In this document: piece by piece, positions 1-17,029 of the stretch | Layout: each line of letters opens with the position of its first letter | Numbering within the stretch: the first letter of the stretch is position 1 | From: the human T2T-CHM13v2.0 reference genome, Homo sapiens | Assembly: GCF_009914755.1 (NCBI RefSeq) | Contig: NC_060944.1 | Reading direction: 5' to 3' (one strand) | DNA: 64,000 bases | Position numbers and translations under genes: made by a program | The notes under the pieces: generated by a model | The model's input: the letters and a program-made list of their open reading frames with translations, nothing else | The model's database searches: none | Told to the model about the DNA's origin: nothing

Positions 1-562
1 AAGTTCCTTTCTCCTGAACCTCCTCCTATGTCTATTTTTGGTTTTATACAAGTGACTGTTCTCATTAAAGTAAATCTCAAAGTGCTCTGAAAATGTCCAT
101 GCTGGGCTGCCGGCCTCACGCCTGAGGAGCTTTTGGCCTGGACACTCTGCAAAAATGTGTCCTGAGGACAAAGGCCATTAACATTTGGTTAATCTAACAT
201 CATAAATTACTTTTCCCATAAATTACTATTAACAGACCTCCCTCCATACTTTTTCTGAGTGCTGTCTTGCCGTTTTTAACCTCCCTTACATTTCCACCCT
301 TTTGCCCAACACAGAATCACATGAGAGCCCCTGGAGGACACGGGGGAGGGGTGGGTTCAGCTGTTGTCCTAGCACAGTCTGCAGCTCCTCCGTGCAGGCT
401 GTTGTTTTCCCTGACAGTAATCATCTGTCAGGAGAAATGTTACGTATCCCATCATCAGTGTGGACTCTGGCTGGACTCTAGACAATGCACAGAACCATCA
501 GCCATGGTCCTCACAAACCACTTGGCCACTATTGTCTTCTTACCTTCTGTTTGTAGCAGTCA

Positions 563-1028
<466 letters not shown>

Positions 1029-1038
1029 AGGGAGAAAA

Positions 1039-1165
1039 GGAAGGAAGGAAGGAAGGAAGGAAGGAAGGAAGGAAGGAAGGAAGGAAGGAAGGAGAAAGAA
1101 AGGAAGGAAGGAAGGAAGGAAGGAAGGTAGGAAGGAAGGAAAGAGAAGAGAAGAGAAAGAAAAAG
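1039..1165 (+). repeat. (GGAA)n microsatellite grown from an Alu tail
   Basis: 13 uninterrupted GGAA at 1039-1090, followed by further GGAA blocks. Confidence 0.97.
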
Positions 1166-1481
1166 GGCGAATTTGCCTAACCTGCAGTCTGACACTGATC
1201 TCTAGGCATGCTGGGTGCTGGGAACTGGGGTGATGGAGGGGGTCAGTGGCAAAGAGAAAACCTTGGGGCAGGTGAGATGATGCTGGGGAAGGGACCCCAG
1301 TGGTGTGGATGTGACACTAGGCCATAGAGGACTCAATCAATAAGAAAGGAAGGATTTGCAGTGTCAGGGGTTCCAGACACAGGTGAATCTTGAAGCCAGG
1401 TACAGATGAAGGAGATTGGGAAAAGTTTCCAGCCACTGGGTAGGCCAACCCAGGTGCCAGGGACAAAGAACCTTGGTCTTG

Positions 1482-1760
1482 GGGCTGGGCATGATGGCTC
1501 AAGCCTGTAATCCCAGCACTTAAGGAGGCTGAGGCAGGAAGATTGCTTGAGGCCAGAAGTTCTTGAGATCAGCCTGTGCAACATAACGAGACTTCATCTC
1601 TACAAAAACAAAAAATCAGCTGGGCTTGGTGGTGTGTGCCGGTGGTCCCAGCTACTCAGAGGCTAAGGTGGGAAGATCGCTTAAGCCTAGGAGGTCGAGA
1701 ATGCAGTGAGTTATGATTGTGCTACTACACTCCAACCTGGGCAATAGAATAGAACTCTCT
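1482..1760 (+). mobile_element. Alu (AluJ-like)
   Basis: Diverged Alu dimer. Confidence 0.9.
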
Positions 1761-1849
1761 TCTCTTGGGCTCCCAAGAGCTCTAGCGGGGAGTGACCACA
1801 CATGGTTGCTGAGCACTGTGACAGCTGCCATGAGACCGGCTGAAAAGAG

Positions 1850-2295
1850 GTATTAGTTAGCTATAGTCCCAGTAGAACTACCTAACAAGGCACCCCCAAA
1901 CTCAGAGGTATACAACAACAAGCACTTCTTTCTCACACTTACGTATGCAGGCTGGCTGAAGTCCAGCTGATCTAGGCTGGGCAGGCTGGGCTCATCTGGG
2001 CTCAACTAGGCTTGGCTGCAAGTCGTGGATTGGTTCAGGGCTACTCCATATGTCTTTCGTCTTCCCTGGCATCTCTGACACATGTTCTCAGGGCCGTGGC
2101 AGAAGCACCAGAGCACAAGCCCGACCACAGAAACACTTTTTAGAGCCAGTGCTCATGGCATTTATTCTATTGGGCAATGCAGGTCATGCCGTGAAACCCC
2201 ACATCAAAGGGCAGGGAAATATGCTCTGCCTCTACGTGGGGAACTGCAAAGCCACATGGCAAAGGGTGTGGATAAATAGAAGGGTAAAGAATTGA
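1850..2295 (-). mobile_element. MaLR LTR (MLT1-like)
   Basis: tattagttagctat...ccccaaactcag...caacaacaagc resembles the reverse-complement MLT1 3' end. Confidence 0.6.
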
Positions 2296-2927
2296 AGGTG
2301 GGTAACATGACCAAGGTGATTCTACCAGCATCTCCAGGTGGTGATGAAGGCTCCAGATGGACTCCCACTAATTAAGCTCATGCAACTGATACTTAAACCA
2401 GAAAGTCACCTTATTGATCTGCAGCTAGAAATCTTAGTATATTGCAGACTAGAAAGCTCCTGTCATCCGCTCAGTGTATTCTTTTCAGTAGGAAATTAAT
2501 GTAGAACATCAAGTCATAATTCCAGCTTTGCTTATGAACATGGAGAGCAAGCAAGAAGCATTGGTTGGGCGATCCTAAAGGCTTGAATTATCCAGGTCTC
2601 GTTGCCTGAGGCCTCCCTTTCCACTACAGGAAAACACCTGCCAAAGGGATAGTGGGCAGGCTGCTCCCTTGTTTAGGTAGAGACCTTGCCAAATTACTCT
2701 TTGTATGCTCTTTTCTAGCCTCCTCTCTGATCATTCTTAATCTACATTAGTCCTTTACATACAAGGTAATAATGAAATTATTATTCTGTGACTACAAGCC
2801 ATATTGGGAATTAAGGTCTCTAAGATGCCACAGTCACCTAGTCACTTAAGACTGTCGCTTAGGATAAGGTGCTTTACATATTCATCAATATCTCTTAAAT
2901 AGCAATGGATATCATTTGCCATCCTTT

Positions 2928-5684
<2,757 letters not shown>

Positions 5685-5835
5685 TCAACCAACCATTTAA
5701 GGAGCATTTAAGGAAGGAATATGAGTCTTTCACTGACCTCTTCTGTAAAATCAAGAAAACACCAACAAGAGACTGGCAAAACTGACACCGGAGGCTTGGG
5801 GGAAAAAAATCCCAGAGACAAAAATGAAACATCTT

Positions 5836-6176
<341 letters not shown>

Positions 6177-6356
6177 TCATACCCTGTATATGAAAGAACT
6201 TTAGGGATATCTTAATTAATTAATTTTGCTTTTATTTTCCTTGTAATGCGCATGGGAAAAACTGTGCATGACGACATTCTGTGTCTAAATATGATTTTAG
6301 GGTTTTAAGAGTTATTTCAATAAGATTAAAGTAAATTCTAAGAGATAAGAAAATAA

Positions 6357-6590
6357 ATTCAACCTGGTCAACATAGTGACAACCCATCTCTACAAAATAA
6401 ATTTAAAAAATAATTTTAATTAGCAGTAGTTGGGCATGGTGACATTTGCCTGTAGTCCCAGCTACTCCAGAGGCTGAGGTGGGAGGATCGCTTGAGCCCA
6501 GGAGTTCAAGACTACAATGAGTCACGATCATGTCACTGTACTCCAGGCTGGGAGAGAGAGTGAGACTTTGTCTCAGAAAAAAAAAAAAGA
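6357..6590 (+). mobile_element. Alu (5'-truncated AluJ-like)
   Basis: Lacks the 5' part of the left arm; right arm and A tail present. Confidence 0.88.
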
Positions 6591-6699
6591 GAGAGGGAGA
6601 GAAAGGGAGGAAGGAAGGAAAGGAAGGGAGGGAGGGAGGATGGAAGAAAGGAAGGAAGGAAGGAAAGAAGGAAGGAAGGAAGGGAGGGAGGGAGAGAGA
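6590..6699 (+). repeat. Purine-rich (GGAA/GGGA)n low-complexity tract
   Basis: Read directly. Confidence 0.9.
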
Positions 6700-7014
6700 T
6701 ATTGCCATGGTTTAATTGGCAATGTCTGTTTCATTAGATGATACATAAAATAATGGTGTCCTTTACTATTGATGGAGGCTCAAATGCTATTAAATTTTGT
6801 ATTTCTCCACTGGAGCATTCCAGCGACTGGTCATCAGAAATGGAACTAGCACCATGAGCGAGGTAGCTTTGGCTGTGAACTGATTCCAAATCTTGCAACG
6901 TGGCCAGTAGTAAAGAAACAAGATGAGAGGCCACTTTTTATATGGCTTTTTAAAGCCTTTATATATACATACTGGAATATCTTAGCCAGTATCCCCCCTC
7001 ATTTTTTAAAACCT

Positions 7015-8230
7015 TAATTTTATTGAGATATAATTTGTATACAGCAAAGTGCAAAGTCTTAAGTGTACAGCCCAGTGAACTTTAGGCAGAGACCCCGGTA
7101 GCCACCATCCAGATCAAGGTCTAGAACATTTTCATTATCCCGGATGGTTTCCTGTCCCTTTCCTAGTCAATGCCTCCCTAAACAAGAATACCCATTATTC
7201 TGTTTTCTATTAATAGCAATGTAGATTAGTTTTGCCTGTTATTGATCTCCATATATATGGAATCAAAATGTATACACCTTTGTGACTGGCCTCTTTTGCT
7301 CAACATAATGTTTTGAGCAAATGCATCCACGTTGCTTCATATATCAGTAATTTGTTCCTTTTTGTTCCTGGGTACTTATCCATTGTATGAATAATACAAT
7401 GGATTCATTGTATTATTTTCATATTGATGGATATTTAAATTGTTTCTAGTCAGGACTATAATGAATAAAGCTGCAATGAACATTTCTGTACGTGTATCTT
7501 TTTGTAGACACATACATCCATTTATTTTGGATGTATAACTAAGAGTGGAATTACTGGATTATAGAGCAAGCATAGATATTAGTAGATTATTCCAGCTTTC
7601 TAAGGTAGTTGGACCAATTTTTATTCCCACCAACACCATATGAGAGTTCCAGTTGCTAACACTTGGTATGATCAGTCTTTTAAATTTTACTTATTCCAGA
7701 GGGTGCATGGGAGTGTCTCAATGTGGCTTTAATCTGGATTTTCCTCACTGGATATGGTGGTACACACCTGGAATCCCAGCTACTTGGGAGACTGAGGTGG
7801 GAAGATTGCTTGAGCCCAGGAATTTGAAGCCAGTCTGGGCAACAAAGTGAGACCCTGTCTCTAATAATAATAATAATAATAATTTGGATTTTCCTGATGA
7901 GTAATAATGTTGAACAGTCTTTTGAATGTTTTAGGTTTGAATATTCTCTGTAGTGAAGGCTCCATTTAAGCCTTTTGTTCTTTTGAAAATGTGTTTTGTC
8001 TTCCTTATATATTCTAGCCAGAAGTTATTTGTCTTACATGTACATTTCAAATATCTTCTCCTGCTCTATGTCTTATTCATTCACTTTTTAATGATGTGTT
8101 TTGTTGAACAAAAGCATTTAACTTTAATGAGGTCCAACTCATCCCTTTTTATGGTCTGTCTTTTTTAAAAAAAAAAATATTAAGATGGCTTGAGTTTTTT
8201 ATGTCCTGTTTAAGACATTTTTGCCTACTC
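7015..8230 (-). mobile_element. Old L1 (L1M) 3' region, interrupted by an Alu monomer at 7747-7880
   Basis: ttttattgagatataatt...aagtgtacag is a typical antisense L1M 3'UTR. The FLAM-like monomer has a (TAA)n tail and a near-perfect TSD aat(c/t)tggattttcct at 7731-7745 and 7881-7895. Confidence 0.75.
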
Positions 8231-9327
8231 CTTGTTTTTCTGTCTTACAACCCCTGTTTCTTTTGCCAGTTTAATTGCCTGCCCTTTTCTTGAGTGGGGA
8301 GAATAGGAATCAGGTCAGGCTACATCTGAGTGAGGAAGGAAGGGTGACAGAGTTAAATTAGGAAAGCGAGGCCAACAAATTAGGGGAATAGATTGAAGCA
8401 GGAAGAGGCCCAACACTGTCTGATTTTTGGTCTAAGGGACCTGAAAGCCTTTGAGTCTGGGTAACCTGATAACTGACTTCAGTGCTGTCCAGCCCAAATA
8501 TCTGCATTGCGTCTCTTAGAGTGTTTGGAGAAGCTTGTCAAATTTTATGAAATCAACCTCTTCCGTGCTCACAGCCCTGATCTATTGCCTAGAAACATGA
8601 AAAAGTTAATGAAGTTCGTGTTTTAAGGACATCATGCTAATGTCTAGAGACCATCATTTTCCTTCTAAGTGCTCAAAAACCATCTTGATAATCCCTTCTT
8701 GACCATATCCAGGAAATGAAACCTCCATTTGGAATAATATTTACTTATTCCTAATCCTCTGACTCCTTCCCCATTCTCCATAAGTTTTCCTTACTTACTA
8801 AAGATGTCAATAATTCCATGATCTCATCTGTCTTCCTACAATCAAGGGTAAATATTTGGGTCTGCTTTTCATAAAGAGACCCTGGCAGGGCCTGAACTGA
8901 GCTGACCATGTAGTGGAGACCAGAACAAAGCAGGAGTTGGCAGGGGGCTCGGGACATGCAGGGAGAAGGCGGGACTGCTGCAAACACGGTGGAGGACAGA
9001 ATACATTTCTTAAAGTAGCTTCAGATTAGGTAGCAGCAACTGAGTTGAGATCCCTGGGCTCAGAAGATGGACTCTGGAGTCCATAGGGCTTTCTTGGGAA
9101 GATAAACAGCTCTACAGGGAGAAAATACTTCCATGCCAGGCCCTTCCAGGGGGTCATACTTAGAATGTTGGGACTACATTGATGAATCAGAGTCTCCTTA
9201 GAGGCACTAATTGGCAGGAACAAGATGGGGAGGAGCCATCCAACTTCCAGGGATGAGCTGGATGAGGGCAGGCAGGATGTGGCTGCAGAGACGCCCCTGG
9301 GCGTCCACCCTCAGGCACAGGGAAAGG

Positions 9328-9490
9328 GAGTATGGTGTAATAGAAAGAGAGGACTGCTGGGATTCACACATTCCTGGTTCTAATCCTGACTCTACCACTT
9401 ATTAATTGTGTAACATTAGGCAAGAATAGTGCTTCCATCCGAAGATTGACTAGAGGGTCAAATAGGATACTGTGCATAAAATGCCAATTT
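9328..9490 (+). mobile_element. MIR
   Basis: cctggttctaatcctgactctaccacttatt MIR core. Confidence 0.6.
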
Positions 9491-9654
9491 CCCCATTTTC
9501 CTCCCATTTCTTTCGCTCTTCCTTCTGGTTGCTCTACCCAACAGACAGCTTTCAATTCTTATCTTTCTTGCCCACTTTGAAGCACTGGCACCATTAAATA
9601 GTCACAAGGTCTTGAAATATAACTTTCCCTTGACTTCCATGAAGATCCCACCTA

Positions 9655-9900
9655 TTCCATGACAGTAGCTACCATGTGCATGCTGACAACTCCCACGTGA
9701 CTATCTCCGCACATAACTCCTTCCTAAGAGCCAGATCCATTGATATACCTGCTTCCTGAACTTTCCACATGGATGTCCTACTGACAGCTCAAACTCAACA
9801 ATTCCAAATTCAGCTCATTATCTTTTCCATAAATCTTTCCCTTCCTCACCTGCGTTCTCTATATGGAGAATCCAGTCATCAAGCCCAAAACTTGGGAGTC
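9655..9900 (+). mobile_element. L2 fragment
   Basis: gctgacaactccc...ccacatggatgtcc...ctcaaactcaaca L2-like signature. Confidence 0.55.
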
Positions 9901-9901
9901 A

Positions 9902-10270
9902 TGGATTCAAGTGCAAGTGGTTTATTTGGGAGATGATCCCCAGAAGCATCACTGGGGGATCTTGGAAGTGAAACAAGGAAGGGAAGGAAGCCAGTATAGA
10001 GTGTTTTATCAAGCCTGGCACCCCTGTGGACAACTGGAACTGAATCCCACTGAAAAACTTGGAGATGCTGTAGAGAGCACAAGCTTCAGAGTCACTCATC
10101 CCAAGGTGCAAAGGAGCTGGGTGTTTATTTGCCAACTCCTGCCAGGCATTGGCTTATCTCTGTCACTGGCTGCCCCTTGCACTTCTGGCCTTCCATAGGT
10201 GTGATAGCATTAGGTCCCACCACCAGAGAAAACCCTCAGATGAAGTGGCACAGATGCTGATGGTTGGAAG
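9902..10270 (-). mobile_element. ERVL LTR (LTR33-like)
   Basis: ggattcaagtgcaagtggtttatttgggagatgatccc resembles recalled LTR33. Confidence 0.5.
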
Positions 10271-10341
10271 TCAGAAATGGAACTCCTGACTGGTGCCAAG
10301 AGACATCCTGTATCGGGTCTGCCCCTTTACATGGGTAATTC

Positions 10342-10664
10342 TTGTTTGTTTGTTTTTTTGTTTTGTTTTTTGTTTTTTTTCTGAGACGGAGTCTCACTCT
10401 TGCTCAGGCTGGAGTGCAGTGGCTCGATGATCTCGGCTCACTGCAACCTCCATCTCCTCAAGCAACTCCCCTGCTTCAGCCTCCCAAGTAGCTGGGATTA
10501 CAGGCACACACCACCACACCCAGCTAATTTTTTTTTGTATTTTTAGTAGAGACGGGGTTTCACCATGTTGGCCATACTCGTCTCGAACTCCTGACCTCAG
10601 GCAATCCACCCACCTTGGCCTCCCAAAGTACTGGGATTACAGGCATGAGCCACTGCACCTGGCC
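10342..10664 (-). mobile_element. Alu (AluS-like)
   Basis: Antisense dimer with T-rich tail. Confidence 0.95.
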
Positions 10665-11540
10665 GGTTAATTCTAAGCTAATTTTCAGATTGCCTAGTTG
10701 TCTTCTCCTCTTGGGACCCTTGTGTTTCTCTCACACTCACTCCCCATGGAGTCTGGATGGTGTGCCCCTCTCTCTCTGTTTTAGCACTGATAAGCTTGTC
10801 TTTTAATGGTTTCTTATTTAATTATGTCCCTCACTGGACTATGAGCATATTCAGAACAGAAACCAAACTCTGATTCACCTTTACATCCCCATAGTTGAGT
10901 TAATGAATGACTAAGTGAACGAAGAAAAAAGCCATAAAAGAGGTGGCACAGCACATAACCAACTGCAAGTTTTTGCAGATAACCCAGGAAAGTAGCAAAT
11001 TAAAGCCAGGGCAAAGAACACCCTTCTTTCACTATTACAAATCCTATGATAACATTCGGTCAGGTCTAAACCCACAGCCAGTCTTTCCTTGTTAAGTTTA
11101 GGGTTAACAGTTCCCCTTATGACTTTATGAGGTAGAAAATATTCAGCAGAGTCAATCAAGAATGTGTCAAATGTCCTGCTTTGATCAGTCTCCGGGCAGA
11201 TGTCACACTATTCCTTCTACCCTTCTTGATCCTGTCCACCTCCTAAACTCCTATTCTTCCTTTAAAGCCTGTCTCAAAAGTCCCACCTCCTTATAGGTTT
11301 CCATGACCCTCCAACCTCTAGAGAAAATTGATTTCTGCCCAGCTGCACTCTACTGTCATTGTCAGCCTTTGCTATGATATGTTCCACCACAGCCCTTCCC
11401 CTTGACAAAGATTCTTGGCTTGACGAAACTTTAGTCAGGCTCCTGAACCTCCTCCTAGGTGCTTCTGAGCACTTCCTTATAAAATCTAGTTTTAACAAAG
11501 AACCCTGCTAAGTAGGTTGAGCAAGAACGCCCTGCCCTCG

Positions 11541-12079
11541 ATATCTGATCACCCTCCATATCTGATCACCCTCCATATCTGATCACCCTCCTTATCTGAT
11601 CACCCTCCATATCTGATGATCACCCTCCATATCTGGTGATCACCCTCCATATCTGATGATCACCCTCCATATCTAATGATCACCCTCCATATCTGATCAC
11701 TCTCCATATCTGATGATGACCCTCCGTATCTGATCAACCTCCATATCTGATGATCATCCTCCATATCTGATGCTCACCCTCCATATCCGATGATCACCCT
11801 CCATATCTGATGATCACCCTCCATATCTGATGATCACCCTCCATATCTAATGATGACCATCCATATCTGATCATTCTCCATATTCAATGATCACCCTCCA
11901 TATCTGATCAACCTCCATACCTGATGATCACCCTCCATATGTGATCACCCTCCATATCTGATGATCACCATCCATATCTGATCATCTTCCATATTTGATG
12001 CTCACCCTCCATATCTGATGATCACCCTCCATATCTGATGATCACCCTCCATATCTGATCACCCTCCATACCTGATCAG
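11541..12079 (+). repeat. Minisatellite of 17/20-bp units ATATCTGAT(GAT)CACCCTCC, 28 full units plus 1 partial
   Basis: Units counted directly. Confidence 0.97.
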
Positions 12080-12241
12080 ATTTCTTCACTGCCACTATCC
12101 CCCAAGTGGAGTCCGGCCATCCTGGCCTGTCTTCAGCAACCTGCTAGGTTGGTTTAGCCAGAGTCTCCTGACCCTGATGTTTCCTCTTGGTAATATGCAT
12201 ATGATACATAAACAGTTATACAATAGATATCCATGGTATTA

Positions 12242-12713
<472 letters not shown>

Positions 12714-13349
12714 TTACCAGGCATTAACAAGTATCATTGAATAATTTTTTCTTTAATGCTCTTTGTAGACTATGAGTTCTTCAAAGTTAGAACCAGGGCT
12801 GGTCTTAGTCATCTTGGTGTTCCCAGTGCTTGGGAGCACAGTCCCTAGAACTGAATCCTTGCCAAATGCACGTTTTCTGAGTTGAATCCCCTTTCACTGC
12901 AAGATCTTGTCTTTGGATTGGTTTGTAACATGACTTAATGTAGCAACATCTGCCCTCCAGCGTGGAGCCAGCAGACTTGTACCATGTTCCTCCCTCTTGG
13001 CATCATCTACTTTTCTCTCTTCTTTCACCCTCTGCTCTGTGCCTACCCTTGTCCTCTCAACTTATGTGTTTACCTAAGGTGAGCGTTTTCTCATATACAT
13101 CTTATTGCTTTGTCAAATCAATCTGAATAGGAAAAATCAAGAGGAACAGCATGTGTGTGCAAGAAGAAAGGCAGTATACATGTGCAGCCTGACATTTATG
13201 CATGTGGCCTCTGGAGTCAGCACTTGTCACTTCCACTTACTCCCTGTTGACTTTAGGAACATTATTTAACATGTTTTGTCTCATTTCTATAACATTTGCA
13301 GTGATTAAGGGCTCACCTGTCATAGATGTTGTGCGTTACATGAAACCAT

Positions 13350-13761
13350 GTATGTGCCTCACCCTTCTGCCCTGGGCCTTATCATTGCAGCTCACACCAA
13401 CTTGACTGCTGGCTGCTTGCATTTGCATCTGTCTGTCTAGAGAGTACTGGGGAGTTAATGTCCCCACAAGCAGCCTTCAACCAATGACTGATGGAAGTCA
13501 GCTGTATCAGTACCCCAGCTCCCTCACCCCCTTCAGAAGGGATAACTCTGAAGCTTGTGTTTGACACTGCTTACCAGCATTACTCTGTGAGATTAAACTC
13601 CATTTGTCCACAGCTGTCAATGGCTTGAAAATCATCCTCCTCTTTCCTGCCTCACTTTCCCATTCACCTATCAGTATTTCTCAGGACCACTTTCCCAGAA
13701 ATTACCAGCCCTAGAATCCTTGCCTTGGGGTTTGCTTCTGGGAGAAGGCAAACTTTGACAG
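13350..13761 (+). mobile_element. ERVL LTR (LTR16-like)
   Basis: gcagccttcaaccaatgactgatgg...taccccagctccctcacccc...tgcttctgggag resembles LTR16. Confidence 0.55.
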
Positions 13762-13974
13762 TATGTAAAGTGCTTAGCTCATTCCTTGCATCTAGGAAGT
13801 CCCAGAATGGTTGTTTCTGCTGTTATAAAACTGCGGTTCATCGGTAGAAAGCAAAGATGACCATAGATGGGAGAGGTCATTCCCATCCTGTGTTCATCTT
13901 CACACTGCTCTGGGAAACCCCATATGGGCATTGCCAGGCTGTGAGAGCACAGTGAATAATGGTCAGTTTACAAC

Positions 13975-14210
13975 ACGCATTCTCAACAGGGGCTAGATTG
14001 CCCCCAAGAAGGCAAGAATTGGTTCTCGGGGGTGGGTGGTAAAAAAAAAACTTTTTTTTTAATGTATAAGACACAGATATGCATATGATACATAAACAGT
14101 TATACGATGGATATCCATGGTATTAAGATTTAATGGAGGGATCAATTAGAAAAAAGGGTCTGAAAAGGCTGGGAAACAATAGTTTGCAAGAGGCGGGAGA
14201 AGTTACTATT
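13975..14210. mobile_element. hAT-Charlie-type MITE fossil
   Basis: Starts cattctcaacagggg...gccccc, similar to MER20-class termini. Confidence 0.5.
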
Positions 14211-15087
14211 GACAGTACCCTGGTTTTTGACCATCCTGGGTGGCACTGTTTAGTTTGCAGGGTCATGTCCTCTTCTGGAGTGAGGAGTTAACAGCTGAAC
14301 TTTCATAAAGTTGTTTGGTTAAGTTTGCCCCACAGGGCACAAGCTTTTTGGCAAAACATTCAACTGTTTGTGGTTAGGATTTTCCTGGTTCTTATTAACA
14401 CCAGACCTGGTTACATTTAGAAGATCATGACGCTTGGCTCTATAAACAAAATTACCAGGTCGTGAAACACAGCATCCTTTGAATCCTTCCTTCCTGACTT
14501 CACCAAAGTCCCTCCTCCAAAGCAGACAGCATGGAATTTGACAAGAAGAAAAAAGGACCAAATTATTTGGTTCCAATACACTTCTCCTTTGTCAAAATAT
14601 GATCATTTAAAAGTTTAAAAATAGAGCCCTCCTATTGACATATAAGGAGCGTGGGGTTAAAGACTTATTAGGAAGGCATCAGCAGGTGGGTAAAGCTAGT
14701 TCAAAGCAGGATGGGTACAAGAGATTGGTGTATATGTAATCAGTCTAAAGAAATCCTGCTGAAATAGGCTACATATACTCGCTGCCTGTGATACAAAACT
14801 GGTTACCATCCTCAAAGGGCTGTCAAACCATCATCTTTGGAGTTGTTCTCTACCAGACAAATTTTATTTGTAAATTATATTTGGATGATTCTATTTGGGC
14901 ATTTTGGACCATTTTTTTAAGATCACCTAAATTCACCTTAACACTTTCTATAGCATTCAAGCTAGGATATGAAATCTTAACAAGTTTTACTTCTTCATTT
15001 TCTCTTTTAAGTATCTGAAAGACTACCTGAAAAACCTGAATTAGCTTATCCCTTTTACATCAAAGATGCTGGGGAGCAAGGTGCAGA

Positions 15088-15260
15088 CAATGGTTTGCTG
15101 TAAATGTTTACGACTCCCCCAGATTTAGTACTTGCCAATTTCCATGGTGTAAATAAATACTCCAACCATAATCATCTTCAAATTACTAACAGAATGTCCT
15201 TAGGCAGAGTTAAGGAGAGATGCTCACCGTCACCATTGTGAGATGGCATATTTTGGTCCC
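15088..15260 (+). mobile_element. MER63-like hAT fragment
   Basis: ttgccaatttccatggtgtaaat...actcc resembles MER63; an opposite-strand copy lies at about 31235-31375. Confidence 0.45.
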
Positions 15261-15503
15261 AGCATGTCATCAGGTGTGTGCTATGACATATTTTCTATAC
15301 AGTATAGTCACAACATTCAAGTTCCTTTCTGAGGAGGTACACTCAGGCCACTGGGTAAATGGCTCTGAAGAGCCAGAAAGATCAGCTCAGCTAAATAAAA
15401 CTGCCCAATAAAACTGTATTCCCTGGAACCTTAATACATACCCTGAGGGGTCCTTCAGGGATTACACAATTTTAAATTCAAATTTCATTTTAAACGTTAT
15501 ACT

Positions 15504-15812
15504 TTCTTTCTTTTTTTTTTTTTTTTGGCAACAGCGTCTTGCTCTGTTACCCAGGCTAAAGTGCAGTGCTGCAATCATGGCTCACTGCAGCCTCAAACTC
15601 CTGGGTTCAAGTGATCTTCCCTCCTCAGCCTCTCAAAAAGCTAAAACTATAGGCACACACCACCAGGCCCAGCTAATTTTTATTTTTTATTTTTTGTACA
15701 GATGGAGGGTCTCACTTTGTTCCCCAGCCTGGTCTCAAACTCCTGACCTTAAGCAATCCTGCTTTGGCCTCCCAAAGTGCTGGGATTACAAGCATGAGCC
15801 ACCATGCCTGAC
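15504..15812 (-). mobile_element. Alu (AluJ-like)
   Basis: Antisense dimer; gttatacttt flanks both sides. Confidence 0.92.
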
Positions 15813-15904
15813 CAAAAGTTATACTTTACAAAAATATAATAAAAATATACACATACATACATATGTAGCAAATGTATAAAGGTGCATTTGCATACATATA
15901 ATAG

Positions 15905-16391
15905 AAGTGGTCCCCAACCTTTTTGGCACCAGGGACCAGTTTCACGGAAGACAATTTTTCCATAGACCGGGGTTGTGTGAGGGATGGTTTTGGGATGATT
16001 CAAGCACATTACATTTATTGTGTACTTTATTTCTATTATTATTACATTGTAATATATAATTAAATAATTATACAAGTCACCTTAATGTAGAATCAGTGGG
16101 TGCCCTGAGCTTGGTTTCCTGCAACTAGATGGTCCCATCTGGGGGTGATGGGAGACAGATCATCAGGCATTAGATTCTCATAAGGAGCACAGAGTGTAGA
16201 TCCCTTGCATGTGCAGTTCACAATAGGGTTTGTGCTACTATGAGAATCTAATGCCACTGCTGATCTGACAGGAGGCAGAGCTCAGGTGATAATATGAGCA
16301 ATGGGGAGTGGCTGTAAATACAGATGAAGCTTCACTGCCTCACTCACTGCTCACCTCCTGCTGTGCAGTCTTGGGGGGTGGGGGACCCCTG
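15905..16391 (+). mobile_element. MER1A-like hAT-Charlie element
   Basis: TIRs ggtccccaacc ... ggtgggggacccctg, with characteristic internal sequence. Confidence 0.85.
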
Positions 16392-16632
16392 ATATATAGG
16401 ACTGATGAACTCCAAGTTCAGAATTCTTGTAACCTCTGAAAAGAAAAAGGATATATGATAGACAGGACTCCACAGGGCTGGGGAGTGCAGAGAGACATGT
16501 TACATCTTTAAACCTTTTTGTATATCTTTAACATTGCATACAAAATTCACAAAACACATAGCCATATATGCTTTTTATATCAAATTTCAAGCTTTTAAAA
16601 AACATTAACGTGAAATTGTGTTTCTAGATTAA

Positions 16633-16950
<318 letters not shown>

Positions 16951-17029
16951 TAATTTATTTTTCAACACACATGTTAGTGTTTTGCTGTGCGAAAACGTTA
17001 AACCATCACTAAGAATCTTGTTTATTTTT

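Noticed and set aside
11541-12079. Array of short direct repeats as a CRISPR-like locus
   Set aside because: The units are contiguous with no unique spacers, there are no cas genes, and the context is eukaryotic. It is a minisatellite.
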